Origin: an uncultured Candidatus Saccharibacteria bacterium
GTDB lineage: Bacteria > Patescibacteriota > Minisyncoccia > UBA6257 > WO2-44-18
Direction of reading: 5' to 3'
Assembly (NCBI GenBank): GCA_964637575.1
Contig: CAZWVU010000005.1
Span: forward strand, 1 to 55,453
Length of the DNA: 55,453 nucleotides
Program-made: the position numbers and the translations under genes
The notes under the pieces: generated by a model
Database searches by the model: none
What the model saw: only the letters and a program-made list of their open reading frames with translations
What the model was told of the DNA's origin: nothing
Shown: positions 33,838-43,481 of the stretch, in pieces
Position numbering within the stretch: position 1 is the stretch's first letter
Layout of the letters: every line of letters begins with the position of its first letter

Positions 33838-35658
33838 AACGAGCTCAATGTTGAGGACTTAGTGTTCAACGACGAACACCAGGAATCGGACTATCTGGAA
33901 TTGCCTCTCTCGCGCCAGACGTTTTTTCTGGTTGCCGGCGCGATCATCCTGACCGGCCTTTTGGCGCTGGGAAGAGTGGGGTTCCTCGCCATCGCGAAGG
34001 GTAATTTTTATTCCGGCCGGGCGAGCGCCAATGTGGATAAGGAGGTGATGATTCCGGCGCCGCGCGGTATTATTGTCGACCGGTTCGGGAATCCACTGGT
34101 GGAAAATAAAAACGTCTTCAGTCTTTTTTTGAATGTCGCCGACCTGCGCAAACAGCCGGATACCATCGATCCGCTGGTCGCCAATCTGGGCGAGATCGCG
34201 GGTGTGGACGCCGCGGCGCTCAAAGACGCGATTATCAGCGCCGATCTGGAGCAGAGCAGTTTTATCGCGGTGGCCCGGAATATCACTCCTGCGCAGGTCA
34301 TTAAGATGAAAGATCTCAATCTGCCGTATCTGTATGTCAGCGAGGATTACATGAGAAATTACCCGGACGGCGCGGTCTTCAGCCAGGTGATTGGTTATAC
34401 CGGCAGTACCGATAAGGCGAATAATGTCGGCGGAAAAGCCGGCCTCGAGCTTCAGTACAACACCCAGCTTCAGGGGACAGAGGGCAGACTGCTGGTATAC
34501 CGGGACGCCGCGGGCAAACCGATCGACAGCAAGGTGGACCAGTTGCCGCAGGCGGGCGCCAAGCTTGTCACGTCGATCGATAAGGATCTTCAGCGTTATT
34601 TTTACGACCGGCTGAAACAGGGACTGGTTTCGCTCGGGCGGGAATCGGGCGCGGGCCTCGCGCTGGATCCGCGCACGGGAGAAGTGCTGGCGATGGTCAG
34701 CTTTCCGAGCTTTGACAACAACCACGTCGCCGCGTATCTCAACGCGCCGCACCAGCCGCTTTTCAACAGGGCGATTTCCGGCATCTACACGCCGGGTTCC
34801 ACAATCAAGCCGCTCGTCGGCCTCGCGGCGCTCCACGAGCACATTATCGATCCGCTGAAACAGATTCTTTCCGTCGGTTATATCGAACTGCCCAATCCGT
34901 ATGACGCGCAACACCCGAGCCGGTTTCTGGACTGGCGGCCGCAGGGCTGGGTGGATCTTCATTCCGCGCTCGCGCGCTCGAGCAACGTCTATTTCTATGA
35001 AGTGGGCGGCGGATTCCAGGATCAGAAGGGACTGGGAATCGATATGCTGAAAAAATACTGGCAGCATTTTCTTCTCGGCGTGAAGACTGGCATTGATTTT
35101 CCGGGAGAGGGCGCCGGATTTTTGCCCGACCCGGTTGAAAAAGAAAAGCGTACCGGCCAGATCTGGCGCATCGGCGACACCTATAACGTCAGTATCGGCC
35201 AGGGCGATCTCATGCTTACGCCGATTCAGCTCCTCGGTTTCATTTCCTCCATCGCCAATGGCGGGAAAATCCTGCAACCGCACATGCTTTTCGGCGAACC
35301 AGTTACCACGCTGCTGGACTATTCCGACTGGACCAGCGAGCTTCACGAAGTGCAGGAGGGCATGAAAGACACTGTCCGGAAGCCGTATGGCACGGCGTTT
35401 TCCATGAATGACCTGCCTTTCAGCGTTGCGGCGAAGACCGGATCCTCGCAGGTGTCCAACAATACCAAAACCAACGCGTTTTTCGTCGGATACGCGCCGG
35501 CCGACAACCCGCAGATCGCGGTGCTGGTGCTGATCGAAAACGCCAAAGAAGGAAGCTTGAACGCGGTGCCGATCGCGAAGGACGTCTTCGAATGGTATTA
35601 TCAGAACAGAATAAGTAACGGGAAAAATGAGCAAAATAACCAAACTTCTTCACCCTAA
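33832..35658 (+). CDS. mrdA: penicillin-binding protein 2 (elongasome transpeptidase)
   Basis: TM after MANELNV...; SxxK (STIK), SxN (SSN), KTG (KTGSS). The track start 33715 was rejected. Confidence 0.85.
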   Translation: MANELNVEDLVFNDEHQESDYLELPLSRQTFFLVAGAIILTGLLALGRVGFLAIAKGNFYSGRASANVDKEVMIPAPRGIIVDRFGNPLVENKNVFSLFLNVADLRKQPDTIDPLVANLGEIAGVDAAALKDAIISADLEQSSFIAVARNITPAQVIKMKDLNLPYLYVSEDYMRNYPDGAVFSQVIGYTGSTDKANNVGGKAGLELQYNTQLQGTEGRLLVYRDAAGKPIDSKVDQLPQAGAKLVTSIDKDLQRYFYDRLKQGLVSLGRESGAGLALDPRTGEVLAMVSFPSFDNNHVAAYLNAPHQPLFNRAISGIYTPGSTIKPLVGLAALHEHIIDPLKQILSVGYIELPNPYDAQHPSRFLDWRPQGWVDLHSALARSSNVYFYEVGGGFQDQKGLGIDMLKKYWQHFLLGVKTGIDFPGEGAGFLPDPVEKEKRTGQIWRIGDTYNVSIGQGDLMLTPIQLLGFISSIANGGKILQPHMLFGEPVTTLLDYSDWTSELHEVQEGMKDTVRKPYGTAFSMNDLPFSVAAKTGSSQVSNNTKTNAFFVGYAPADNPQIAVLVLIENAKEGSLNAVPIAKDVFEWYYQNRISNGKNEQNNQTSSP

Positions 35659-36640
35659 GCCGGAGCTCCGGCAGGATCCGGTTTCCGGCGACTGGATTGT
35701 GATCGCGCCGGCGCGGGCGAAGCGCCCGTCGGATCTGATGGCGAAAACACCGAAGCGGAAGCGGGCGCCGAAAAGCACCTGTCCGTTCGAGAATCCGCAG
35801 GCAAGCGGCAATCCCGAGCCGTTTCTGGTGTATCCGAATAAACATGACTGGGCGATTCAGGTGCTGGAAAACAAATATCCGGCGTTGATGCATTCCGCGC
35901 AGTGCGGCGTTACTTCAAAGCGGGGGCCGCACCTCACCCATCCCGGCTTCGGCCACCACGATCTTCTGGTGACCGCCGACCATGATAAAAATTTCGCGCA
36001 TCTTTCACCGGAGCAGGCGAATCTGGTGTTTCAGGCCTTCCGCGACCGCTACCTGATGCTCTATAACGACAAGTGTGTGCAATATATTTCCATGTTCCAT
36101 AACTGGGGGCCGGCGGCCGGCGCGTCGGTGTACCATCCGCATTACCAAATCATCGCCTTGCCGGTAGTGCCGCCGGACGTCCATCACTCGTTGGCAGGTT
36201 CCGCCCGGTATTTCCGGGAACACCGGCAGTGCGTCCATTGCGCGATGCTGGCCTGGGAGCAGAAGGAACGGAAACGGATCATTTATGAAAACGACGGCGC
36301 GGTGGCGCTGGCACCCTTCGTGTCGAGGAGCCCGTTCGAGGTGCGGGTGTTCCCGAAAAAGCATCTGTCCTATTTTGAAAATACCCATGATCTGGATGTG
36401 GAGTCGGCGGTGGACGCGCTCCAGATGGCGTTGAAAAGTTTTGAGAAAAATCTTCACGACGTTGATTACAACTTTTTCATCCACACGGCGCCGCTCCGCG
36501 ACAAGGAACGGTTCCGGCATTACCACTGGCACATTGAGGCGTATCCGAAAGTGGCGATCCGCGCCGGTTTTGAATTAGGGACAGGAATCGAGATCAATGT
36601 GGTGGACCCGGACGCCGCGGCGCGCCTGCTCCGCGCTTAG
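35627..36640 (+). CDS. galactose-1-phosphate uridylyltransferase family (HIT branch) protein
   Basis: STCPFENP and YHPHYQI (HxHxQ) motifs; overlaps the mrdA 3' end by 32 nt. Confidence 0.6.
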   Translation: MSKITKLLHPKPELRQDPVSGDWIVIAPARAKRPSDLMAKTPKRKRAPKSTCPFENPQASGNPEPFLVYPNKHDWAIQVLENKYPALMHSAQCGVTSKRGPHLTHPGFGHHDLLVTADHDKNFAHLSPEQANLVFQAFRDRYLMLYNDKCVQYISMFHNWGPAAGASVYHPHYQIIALPVVPPDVHHSLAGSARYFREHRQCVHCAMLAWEQKERKRIIYENDGAVALAPFVSRSPFEVRVFPKKHLSYFENTHDLDVESAVDALQMALKSFEKNLHDVDYNFFIHTAPLRDKERFRHYHWHIEAYPKVAIRAGFELGTGIEINVVDPDAAARLLRA

Positions 36641-36669
36641 TTTGTTGGCTGTCCACGTCGTTGTTGGTA

Positions 36670-36810
36670 GCCGCCGCCAACATTCTTGCCGACACGCTAT
36701 CAATTTTCCCAGCGAGAAAATTGCGCTCGTTCTCGGCCTCGCTCGTCTCGCTTCGCGAGACACCTGCCCGCTCGGCCTGCGAAACGGTCGGCTCAAACAT
36801 TGCCGGCGGC
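36670..36810 (+). repeat. structured repeat R, copy B (plus orientation)
   Basis: Closing stem GCCGCCGCCAA/TTGCCGGCGGC. Internal hairpin GTCTCGC/GCGAGAC at 36745-36761 covaries with copy A. Confidence 0.8.
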
Positions 36811-36866
36811 ATCTTGTTTGTCATTGCGAGGCCTGGCGAAGCAATCTCACCGCTAAGCAGGCGCGC

Positions 36867-36895
36867 TTGAATTTTAGTTTTAATGGTGGAATACT
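36867..36895 (+). promoter_or_regulatory. sigma70-type promoter
   Basis: TTGAAT, 17-nt spacer, AATACT. Confidence 0.45.
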
Positions 36896-36923
36896 GTAGG
36901 CGTTCTTTGATTGAGGAGGCTAC

Positions 36924-37472
36924 GTGACATCCAAACAGCTGGAGTCCAGGGTCCGCCGGATCATTCAGGAGGCGGGGAAACGGAAGATATACAAGAAGGC
37001 GCACGAGCTCGCGATCAAGTTTGCCGAGGAATTTGGCAGCCAAAAGATCGAAGTGCGCAGCGATCATACCAATACCGACCGCCGCGTCAATATTTATACC
37101 GGCAATGGCCAGGTTTCAATCTGGATGTGGAACAGCCACTGGGGGCCGATGAATATTGAAATCCGTTTGGATTGCATCCCGGTGTTCAGGGCGCATTCGG
37201 CGAGCCGGTTTGACGTAAAGGATGCCAAGGCCAAAGGTCGGGAGTGGCAATACGCCCAGCAGGGACTGGATGACTACGCCCGCGTGGAGCTTTACAAACC
37301 CGGCCAGTGGGAGCGGGTGCTGGAGGTGCACGAGGCCGAACGGTTGCTGAAAGCCGAACGTGACGCCAAGACGTCGCTGGAGGAAAAGAAAAAGAAAGAG
37401 GCGGAGCGGAACAAGCCGCTCACCGAAGAGGAAAAGAAACTCGCCGCCAACTTCGGCATCAGGGTTCAATAA
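36924..37472 (+). CDS. orphan protein (182 aa) with Lys/Glu-rich C-terminal helix
   Basis: GAGGAGG just upstream of GTG; own promoter and terminator. Confidence 0.5.
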   Translation: MTSKQLESRVRRIIQEAGKRKIYKKAHELAIKFAEEFGSQKIEVRSDHTNTDRRVNIYTGNGQVSIWMWNSHWGPMNIEIRLDCIPVFRAHSASRFDVKDAKAKGREWQYAQQGLDDYARVELYKPGQWERVLEVHEAERLLKAERDAKTSLEEKKKKEAERNKPLTEEEKKLAANFGIRVQ

Positions 37473-37478
37473 AAATAC

Positions 37479-37514
37479 AGGCGCCCGATTTATCGCGGGC
37501 GCCTTTTTGTTTTG
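37479..37514 (+). terminator. intrinsic terminator
   Basis: Stem GGCGCCCG/CGGGCGCC then TTTTTGTTTT. Confidence 0.75.
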
Positions 37515-37558
37515 GAAAAATTTGTGGTAAAATCCGCTCAGCATTTTGAGGGTTGCAG

Positions 37559-38281
37559 ATGAACGATTTTTTGAAGATCGGGCACCGGGGTGCCAAAGGG
37601 TACGAGCCGGAAAATACAATCCGCTCGTTTGAGCGGGCGCTGGAGCTGGGTCTGAACGCGATCGAGTGTGACGTGCGCGCGACCAAAGAGGGCGCGCTCG
37701 TGGTATTCCACGACGCCCTGCTGGACCGCATGTTTCCCGGCGTGCCGGCGCGGCTCCGGGATATTACTCTGCAGGATGTCCAGGCGCTACAGATGCCGGG
37801 CGGCGGGAAGATTCCGACATTCCGCGAAGTCTGCGAACAGTTTGGGAAACGCGCGGAGCTCCATATTGAACTGAAAGAAACGGGGATTCAGAATGCGGCG
37901 CTGGATATCATCAGGCATTACGGCCTCGCGGACCGGGTGGTGGTCTCCGCCTTCGCCCGCGACGAGAACGGGCCGGGGGATTCTTCCACCTGGCAGGATC
38001 TGTTCTGGATGAAGTCGTACGAACCGAATCTGAAAATCGCCCTGCTTTCGGACGCGGGCGAATGGGCATGGCATTCCATTGCCGCCGCCACGCACAACGG
38101 AATGTTCCCTGTCTACGCTCTGAATTTCTCCGGGAAAGTAATCAGCTGCGATCTGATCGCGGGAGCGCATGAAGCCGGCTGCAAGGCGTTTGTCTGGACG
38201 GTCAACGAGAAAAAGGTGGCCGCGGTGATGCGGGAGTGGCAGGCGGACGGCGTGTTCACGGATTATCCGGACGCGTGGTAA
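37559..38281 (+). CDS. glycerophosphodiester phosphodiesterase
   Basis: IGHRGAKGYEPENT...ECDVRATKEGALVVFHD; GAGG is 8 nt before ATG 37559. Confidence 0.8.
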   Translation: MNDFLKIGHRGAKGYEPENTIRSFERALELGLNAIECDVRATKEGALVVFHDALLDRMFPGVPARLRDITLQDVQALQMPGGGKIPTFREVCEQFGKRAELHIELKETGIQNAALDIIRHYGLADRVVVSAFARDENGPGDSSTWQDLFWMKSYEPNLKIALLSDAGEWAWHSIAAATHNGMFPVYALNFSGKVISCDLIAGAHEAGCKAFVWTVNEKKVAAVMREWQADGVFTDYPDAW

Positions 38282-38285
38282 AAAA

Positions 38286-38320
38286 ATAAAAATGACGGCT
38301 CATTGGCCGTCATTTTTTTC
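38286..38320. terminator. bidirectional terminator
   Basis: A-run, stem ATGACGGC/GCCGTCAT, T-run. Confidence 0.75.
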
Positions 38321-38896
38321 TTGGAGCGGGACTTTCCGGAGGAGATCCATGAATCGAACGATTGCCTCGGCTTCGCGCCGCGGCCGCGTGACCGCGCAGG
38401 CCATCCTGGAAAGTTCCGCTGCGAGGCCGGATGCGCTAAATCTCCAGCCGGCGTGCATTTCGCGCATCTCCGCGAAGAGCTTCCGGAGCCGGGGCCGGCG
38501 GAGGAATTTCTTTTCGAACCGGTCCAGATTCCGTCGCGCCACGCCGGTGAAATAATTCTGCCAGTCCGGATGGCTCGCGGTCAGTCCGATCAGGTGGAAC
38601 GTGCCGGGACGGGTGACACAGGCAATGATCACGGATGTTTTGTTGCGGCTGATCACCATGCCTTTCAGCCAGCGCCGCGCCGCCAGGTGTGTCCGGTAGA
38701 GTATCGCGGCGCCGGTTTTGAGCCGTCCGATGTTCGCGGTATCCAGATCAAAATAGCGGCCGTCAGGATCGGAAAGGAAATATTTCAGCGCGCGCAGCGT
38801 TCTGATTTTGTTGGCGAGCGTTTCCTTCCATTCCGCGTCCAGATTTTTAAGAATGTATCTCGCAATCTGCGGATCCGGCGGCACCCATGTTTCCAT
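38300..38896 (-). CDS. orphan protein (198 aa)
   Basis: Clean ORF ending inside the terminator hairpin; no motif recognised. Confidence 0.45.
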   Translation of the reverse strand: METWVPPDPQIARYILKNLDAEWKETLANKIRTLRALKYFLSDPDGRYFDLDTANIGRLKTGAAILYRTHLAARRWLKGMVISRNKTSVIIACVTRPGTFHLIGLTASHPDWQNYFTGVARRNLDRFEKKFLRRPRLRKLFAEMREMHAGWRFSASGLAAELSRMACAVTRPRREAEAIVRFMDLLRKVPLQEKNDGQ

Positions 38897-38972
38897 ACCA
38901 TCTCCAAAAAAGTTCTGGCACCAGAATACAACAAAATCCAGTAATTTACAACTATGCTATGATGGAAACACA

Positions 38973-39605
38973 ATGGCGGCAAAAATCCTGGACTTCTTTC
39001 TTCATATCGACACGAAACTCGGCGCGGTGATCCAGCATTACGGCCAGCTCGCCTACGCCATATTGTTCGTGGTGATCTTTCTGGAGACCGGCGCGGTGTT
39101 CACGCCGTTTTTACCGGGCGATTCGCTTTTGTTCGCGGCCGGCGCTTTTGCTTCGAAGGGGATATTCAGCCCGTGGATTCTGGTCGTCCTACTCTCGCTC
39201 GCGACCATTGCCGGAGACGCGGCGAACTACTGGGTCGGCCGGTCCATCGGCACACGCATCGAAAAAAGCCTGAGTCCCTTTATCAGCAGGGATTATCTGG
39301 CGCGGACGGAGGGATTTTATCACCGGCACGGCAAACGGACGATCATCTTCGCCCGTTTTATTCCGATTATCCGCACCTTCGCGCCGTTTGTCGCGGGCAT
39401 CGGCAGGATGCGCTATGCGGAATTTTTCGCGTACAACGTGATCGGCGGAATTTCCTGGATCGTGCTCTTTGTGTTCGGCGGATATTTTTTCGGCAATCTT
39501 CCCGCGGTGGAACACAATTTCAGTCTGGTGATTCTGGGAATCATTGTTGTGTCGCTCGTGCCAACGGTGATCGAGTTGTTGCGGCACCGCGGGAAACGGC
39601 AGTAA
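38973..39605 (+). CDS. DedA family membrane protein
   Basis: FLETGAVFTPFLPGDSLLFAAG...GKRTIIFARFIPIIRTFAPFVAG. Confidence 0.85.
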   Translation: MAAKILDFFLHIDTKLGAVIQHYGQLAYAILFVVIFLETGAVFTPFLPGDSLLFAAGAFASKGIFSPWILVVLLSLATIAGDAANYWVGRSIGTRIEKSLSPFISRDYLARTEGFYHRHGKRTIIFARFIPIIRTFAPFVAGIGRMRYAEFFAYNVIGGISWIVLFVFGGYFFGNLPAVEHNFSLVILGIIVVSLVPTVIELLRHRGKRQ

Positions 39606-39647
39606 AAAAATTTCTGGGAATTCCCGAACCCCAAAATTTATGCTAAT

Positions 39648-40625
39648 ATGGAAAGCATGAGTGACTTGGATTCGATCAGAACATCAGCGCTGGAAGAAAT
39701 CAGAAACTCCAAAGACGCCAAAGAACTGGAGCAGGCCAAAACAAAATATGTCGGACGCAGCGGCGGGCAGCTCACGGCTATCCTGAAATCGCTCAAGGAT
39801 ATGTCGCCCGAGGAAAAGCGGATAGTCGGCCCCCGGGCCAACGCCCTCCGTCAGGAAATTGAAGCGGCATTGGATACGAAATTAAAAGAGCTTGCCCACA
39901 AGGCAAGCATTCTTCGTTTAGACGTCAGCCGGCCGGGTACCCGGGTTATCGGCGGCCATCTTCACCCGCTTACCGTCATCGGAAATGACATCCGTGACAT
40001 TTTCAAGAGTCTGAATTTTTCCGTGATGGAAGGCCCGGAAATCGAAACGGAATATTATAATTTCGGCGCGCTCAATATTCCAGAACATCATCCGGCGCGG
40101 GACATGTGGGACACTTTCTGGGTGAATTCCCAGCATCTGCTCCGCACTCACACCAGCCCGATGCAGATCCGTTATATGGAAAAGCACCAGCCGCCGTTCC
40201 AGATCATCGTTCCCGGCCGGGTCTTCCGGTTTGAGGCGACCGATGCGTCCCATGAAATCAATTTTCACCAGGTGGAAGGACTGATGGTGGGGCCGCATGT
40301 CAATCTCGCCAACTTCAAGTATGTTATCGGCGAATTCTTCCGCCAGTTTTTCGGTGCGAAGACAAAGATCCGTTTCCGGCCGAGCTATTTTCCATTCGTG
40401 GAACCCGGTTTGGAAGTGGATATCAAGCTGAACGACAAATGGCTGGAGGTGATGGGGGCGGGGATGGTCCACCCCAACGTGCTCAACGCGGTGAAACTGA
40501 ATCCGGCGGAAGTGCAGGGCTTCGCCTTCGGTCTCGGCCTGGAGCGTCTTGCCATGATCAAATATAACATCCCCGACATCCGTCTTTTCTACAGCGGCGA
40601 TTTGAGATTCATCAATCAATTCTAA
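39648..40625 (+). CDS. pheS: phenylalanine--tRNA ligase alpha subunit
   Basis: HPARDMWDTF, FRFEATDASH, GAGMVHPNVL, FGLGLERLAM. Confidence 0.9.
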   Translation: MESMSDLDSIRTSALEEIRNSKDAKELEQAKTKYVGRSGGQLTAILKSLKDMSPEEKRIVGPRANALRQEIEAALDTKLKELAHKASILRLDVSRPGTRVIGGHLHPLTVIGNDIRDIFKSLNFSVMEGPEIETEYYNFGALNIPEHHPARDMWDTFWVNSQHLLRTHTSPMQIRYMEKHQPPFQIIVPGRVFRFEATDASHEINFHQVEGLMVGPHVNLANFKYVIGEFFRQFFGAKTKIRFRPSYFPFVEPGLEVDIKLNDKWLEVMGAGMVHPNVLNAVKLNPAEVQGFAFGLGLERLAMIKYNIPDIRLFYSGDLRFINQF

Positions 40626-42607
40626 TGAAATTTTCCTACAAACTGATTAAAAAACTGGCGACGAAAATCCCGAAGCGGGACAAATTCGTGGACAAGTTTA
40701 ACCTCTACGCATTCGAAGCGAAGAGCCTCCCCGGAGACGTCATTGAAGTTTCCGTGCCTCCCAACCGTTACTCCGATGCCGCGTCTCACTGGGGGCTGGC
40801 CCGGCTGGCGGCCGCCATATTCGGCGGGGTGCTGAAATTTAAGGAACCGGATACCGATGTGCGGATCAACCTGAAAAATACGAAACCCGAAGTGAAAGTG
40901 ATCGCCAAATCGCATACGAAGCGCTACCTGGCGCGCTATTTTGAAATTCCCAAAGTCAGTCAGTCACCGACCTGGCTCAAGGATATTCTTTTTGCTTGCG
41001 GCCTCCGGCCGATCAACGCGGTGGTGGACGTGATGAATTACGTGATACTGGAAACCGGCCAGCCCCTTCACGTGTTTGATGCGGCGCTGGTGCACGGCCC
41101 GATTCAGATCCGTTTCGCGAAAAAGGGGGAGGAGATCAAAACTATCGACGGCCAGGATCTGACGCTGGGCGTCGGGGATCTGGTGATCGCCGATAATAAA
41201 GGACCGCTCGCGATTGCCGGCGTGAAGGGTGGGAAGCGGGCCGAGGTGAATCCTTATACGAAAAAAATCATTGTCGAAGCCGCCAATTTTGATCCGACTT
41301 CCATTTATAAAACTTCCCGCTTCCACAATCTGGTGACCGATGCCTCCAGCCGCTTTGCGCATGGTTTAAGCCCGGCGCTCGCGGAGACGGGCTTGGCACG
41401 CGTGGCCGAACTTCTGAAAGATGTCTGTGAGGCGAAAATCGGCGAAATGACTGATATAAGTTTTTCCAGGCAGCCCAAGATTGTGCTGAAGTTCGATATC
41501 AATGAATTTAATAAGCTAACCGGCCTCAATTTTTCCGAGGCGGAAGCGTTGGAATATTTGAAGCGCATGGGATTCGGTATAAAGGGCAAACTGGTTTTCG
41601 TTCCGCCGAACCGGACGGACATCGCCATTCACGCCGACCTCGCCGAGGAGATCGTGAATCTCTACGGCTACCATAATCTTCCCGACGTGGCGCCGGTTGC
41701 GCGGCTTTTCCCGGCCACGGAAGACGAGCAGGTTCTCTTGAAAGACCGGATCCGCGAGATGCTGCGCGGCTTCGGCATGAGCGAGGTCTATAATTATTCC
41801 TTTGTGTCGCGGAAGGATCTGACGAAATATGCCGAGCCGAAGTGGTGGGGCGCGATGCCGCTCCGCAATCCGATCAGTTCGGATTATCAGTACCTGCGTC
41901 CCGATCTGGTGGTTCAGCTCAAAAACAATCTCGACGACAACTTCCGGTTTTATGATGCGGTAAAAATCTTTGAAATCGGCAAGACTTTTCCCCAGATCAG
42001 CAAAAAAATGGATGAATGCCTGTATGCCGGAATTATCATCGGGTATAAAAAACCGGCCCGCGTGGAAGAGCCGTTTCTGGAATTGAAAGGCGTTGCCGAC
42101 CAGCTGCTCCAGTCGCTCGGGGTAGTCGACTATTTTTTCCGCGATGAGGATTGGGATGTGAAATATTACGAAGAAGGCCACAGTCTGCGCATCGAAGACG
42201 GCAACCATCGGGTGCTCGGCCGGATCGGCGTCATGCGCGGCAATCATAACGCCGCCTACGCCAAGCTGAATTTGGGCGCGCTTCTCAAAACCGTTACCGA
42301 AGAAAAAGAATACGAACCTCTGCCGAAATATCCTTCCATCATGCGGGACCTTTCCCTCCTGGTTTCCGAAGAGGTGCGGGTGAACCAGTTGATGGAGATT
42401 ATGGAAAACGCGGCGCCAGAATATCTGGATGACGTGGATCTGATCGACTACTACGAAGACGAAAAACTGAAAGAGGGGAGGAAGAGTCTGACCTTCCGGC
42501 TCGTGTTTCTTGCCGACGACCGGACACTCACCGACAAGGAGGTTGGCGCCGAAATGGAGAAGATTATTTCGGGATTGCAGAGCACGTTCGACGTGGAGGT
42601 GCGGTAA
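40625..42607 (+). CDS. pheT: phenylalanine--tRNA ligase beta subunit (660 aa, no N-terminal tRNA-binding domain)
   Basis: ATGA overlap with pheS; B3/4 and B5 regions and a C-terminal ferredoxin-like domain are recognisable. Confidence 0.85.
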   Translation: MKFSYKLIKKLATKIPKRDKFVDKFNLYAFEAKSLPGDVIEVSVPPNRYSDAASHWGLARLAAAIFGGVLKFKEPDTDVRINLKNTKPEVKVIAKSHTKRYLARYFEIPKVSQSPTWLKDILFACGLRPINAVVDVMNYVILETGQPLHVFDAALVHGPIQIRFAKKGEEIKTIDGQDLTLGVGDLVIADNKGPLAIAGVKGGKRAEVNPYTKKIIVEAANFDPTSIYKTSRFHNLVTDASSRFAHGLSPALAETGLARVAELLKDVCEAKIGEMTDISFSRQPKIVLKFDINEFNKLTGLNFSEAEALEYLKRMGFGIKGKLVFVPPNRTDIAIHADLAEEIVNLYGYHNLPDVAPVARLFPATEDEQVLLKDRIREMLRGFGMSEVYNYSFVSRKDLTKYAEPKWWGAMPLRNPISSDYQYLRPDLVVQLKNNLDDNFRFYDAVKIFEIGKTFPQISKKMDECLYAGIIIGYKKPARVEEPFLELKGVADQLLQSLGVVDYFFRDEDWDVKYYEEGHSLRIEDGNHRVLGRIGVMRGNHNAAYAKLNLGALLKTVTEEKEYEPLPKYPSIMRDLSLLVSEEVRVNQLMEIMENAAPEYLDDVDLIDYYEDEKLKEGRKSLTFRLVFLADDRTLTDKEVGAEMEKIISGLQSTFDVEVR

Positions 42608-42640
42608 CATTGTCAGCATACTGACAAGAGGACCATGCGT

Positions 42641-42669
42641 TTGCGGGGCTTTTTGTTTTTTGCTAGGAT
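42641..42669 (+). promoter_or_regulatory. sigma70-type promoter with AGCAG start region
   Basis: TTGCGG, 17-nt spacer, TAGGAT, then AGCAG at 42673-42677 and GGAGG before ATG 42697. Confidence 0.5.
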
Positions 42670-42696
42670 GTCAGCAGTTCGTTAACGGAGGATTGT

Positions 42697-43161
42697 ATGA
42701 ATGGTAAGGCCCTGGCGACTTTCGTTGGTCTATGGCTGCTCGTGGTTGGAGTAGGTGTCGGTCTCGGCATGGAGCAGGGCGTACCCAAAGCGCAGGCCGC
42801 AACATCGGCGACCGCGCTGAAGGAATTCCCGCTTTTCAATACGCATCCGACGGCACATGATGAGATCATCGGCATCTCGTTTCTTGTTTCGGATGACTAT
42901 GGGAAGAAGTATGATCTCGATGCCTGGGTGCCGATCTATTCGGTCGATGTCAGAACCCGGAATGACGATGCGTATATGGTGACGATCGTCTTCGATCCGC
43001 CGCCAAAGCGCAACAGTTTTCAGCAATACTTTGAACGCGCGATCATCTTGGTTCCGCAGGAACAATACACGCAATGGAGGGCGCGGATCTGGAATCTGCG
43101 CGTTGCGTTGAAGCCCTGGAATCATCAGGAAGATTTCCTGAAACAAGGAGGCGAAAAGTGA
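42697..43161 (+). CDS. orphan secreted protein (154 aa), gene 1 of a coupled trio
   Basis: Signal peptide ...AQAATSA; GGAGG upstream. Confidence 0.55.
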   Translation: MNGKALATFVGLWLLVVGVGVGLGMEQGVPKAQAATSATALKEFPLFNTHPTAHDEIIGISFLVSDDYGKKYDLDAWVPIYSVDVRTRNDDAYMVTIVFDPPPKRNSFQQYFERAIILVPQEQYTQWRARIWNLRVALKPWNHQEDFLKQGGEK

Positions 43162-43481
43162 ACCCCAAACAGGCAACACAGACGCAGGGAACCGCTGATC
43201 CCGCCAAGGAACTTGGCATCGATGAGAAAACCCGGAGGCTTATGCGGCGTTTCGACGCCATTCTGAGAAGCTACGGCCCGCATTCAAACACTGCTGAAAA
43301 GTTTTTCCGTGCGAATCTGAACAATACCAAACTCATCGGTATCTGTTTGATAACGTCGGCAATCTGGGAAAGCATTGCGTTGGAAATCCATGAGCCCAAA
43401 GACACCGAATTGAAGCGTCTCGCGCGTATGCGCATCAAGACGTCCTGGTGGCAATCAGATACGAAAGAGGTGCGCAGATGA
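43158..43481 (+). CDS. orphan protein (107 aa), gene 2 of the trio
   Basis: AGGAGG is 6 nt before GTG 43158; GTGA overlap with the upstream stop; one hydrophobic segment LIGICLITSAIW. Confidence 0.5.
   Translation: MNPKQATQTQGTADPAKELGIDEKTRRLMRRFDAILRSYGPHSNTAEKFFRANLNNTKLIGICLITSAIWESIALEIHEPKDTELKRLARMRIKTSWWQSDTKEVRR

Noticed and set aside
35627-35658. The 32-nt overlap of mrdA and the GalT-like gene as a frameshift or fusion artefact
   Set aside because: Both ORFs have complete, sensible termini: the PBP2 C-terminus extends past KTG, and the GalT-like N-terminus precedes the CPFE motif. An overlap of this size is plausible in compact genomes, and no pseudogene signature is present.
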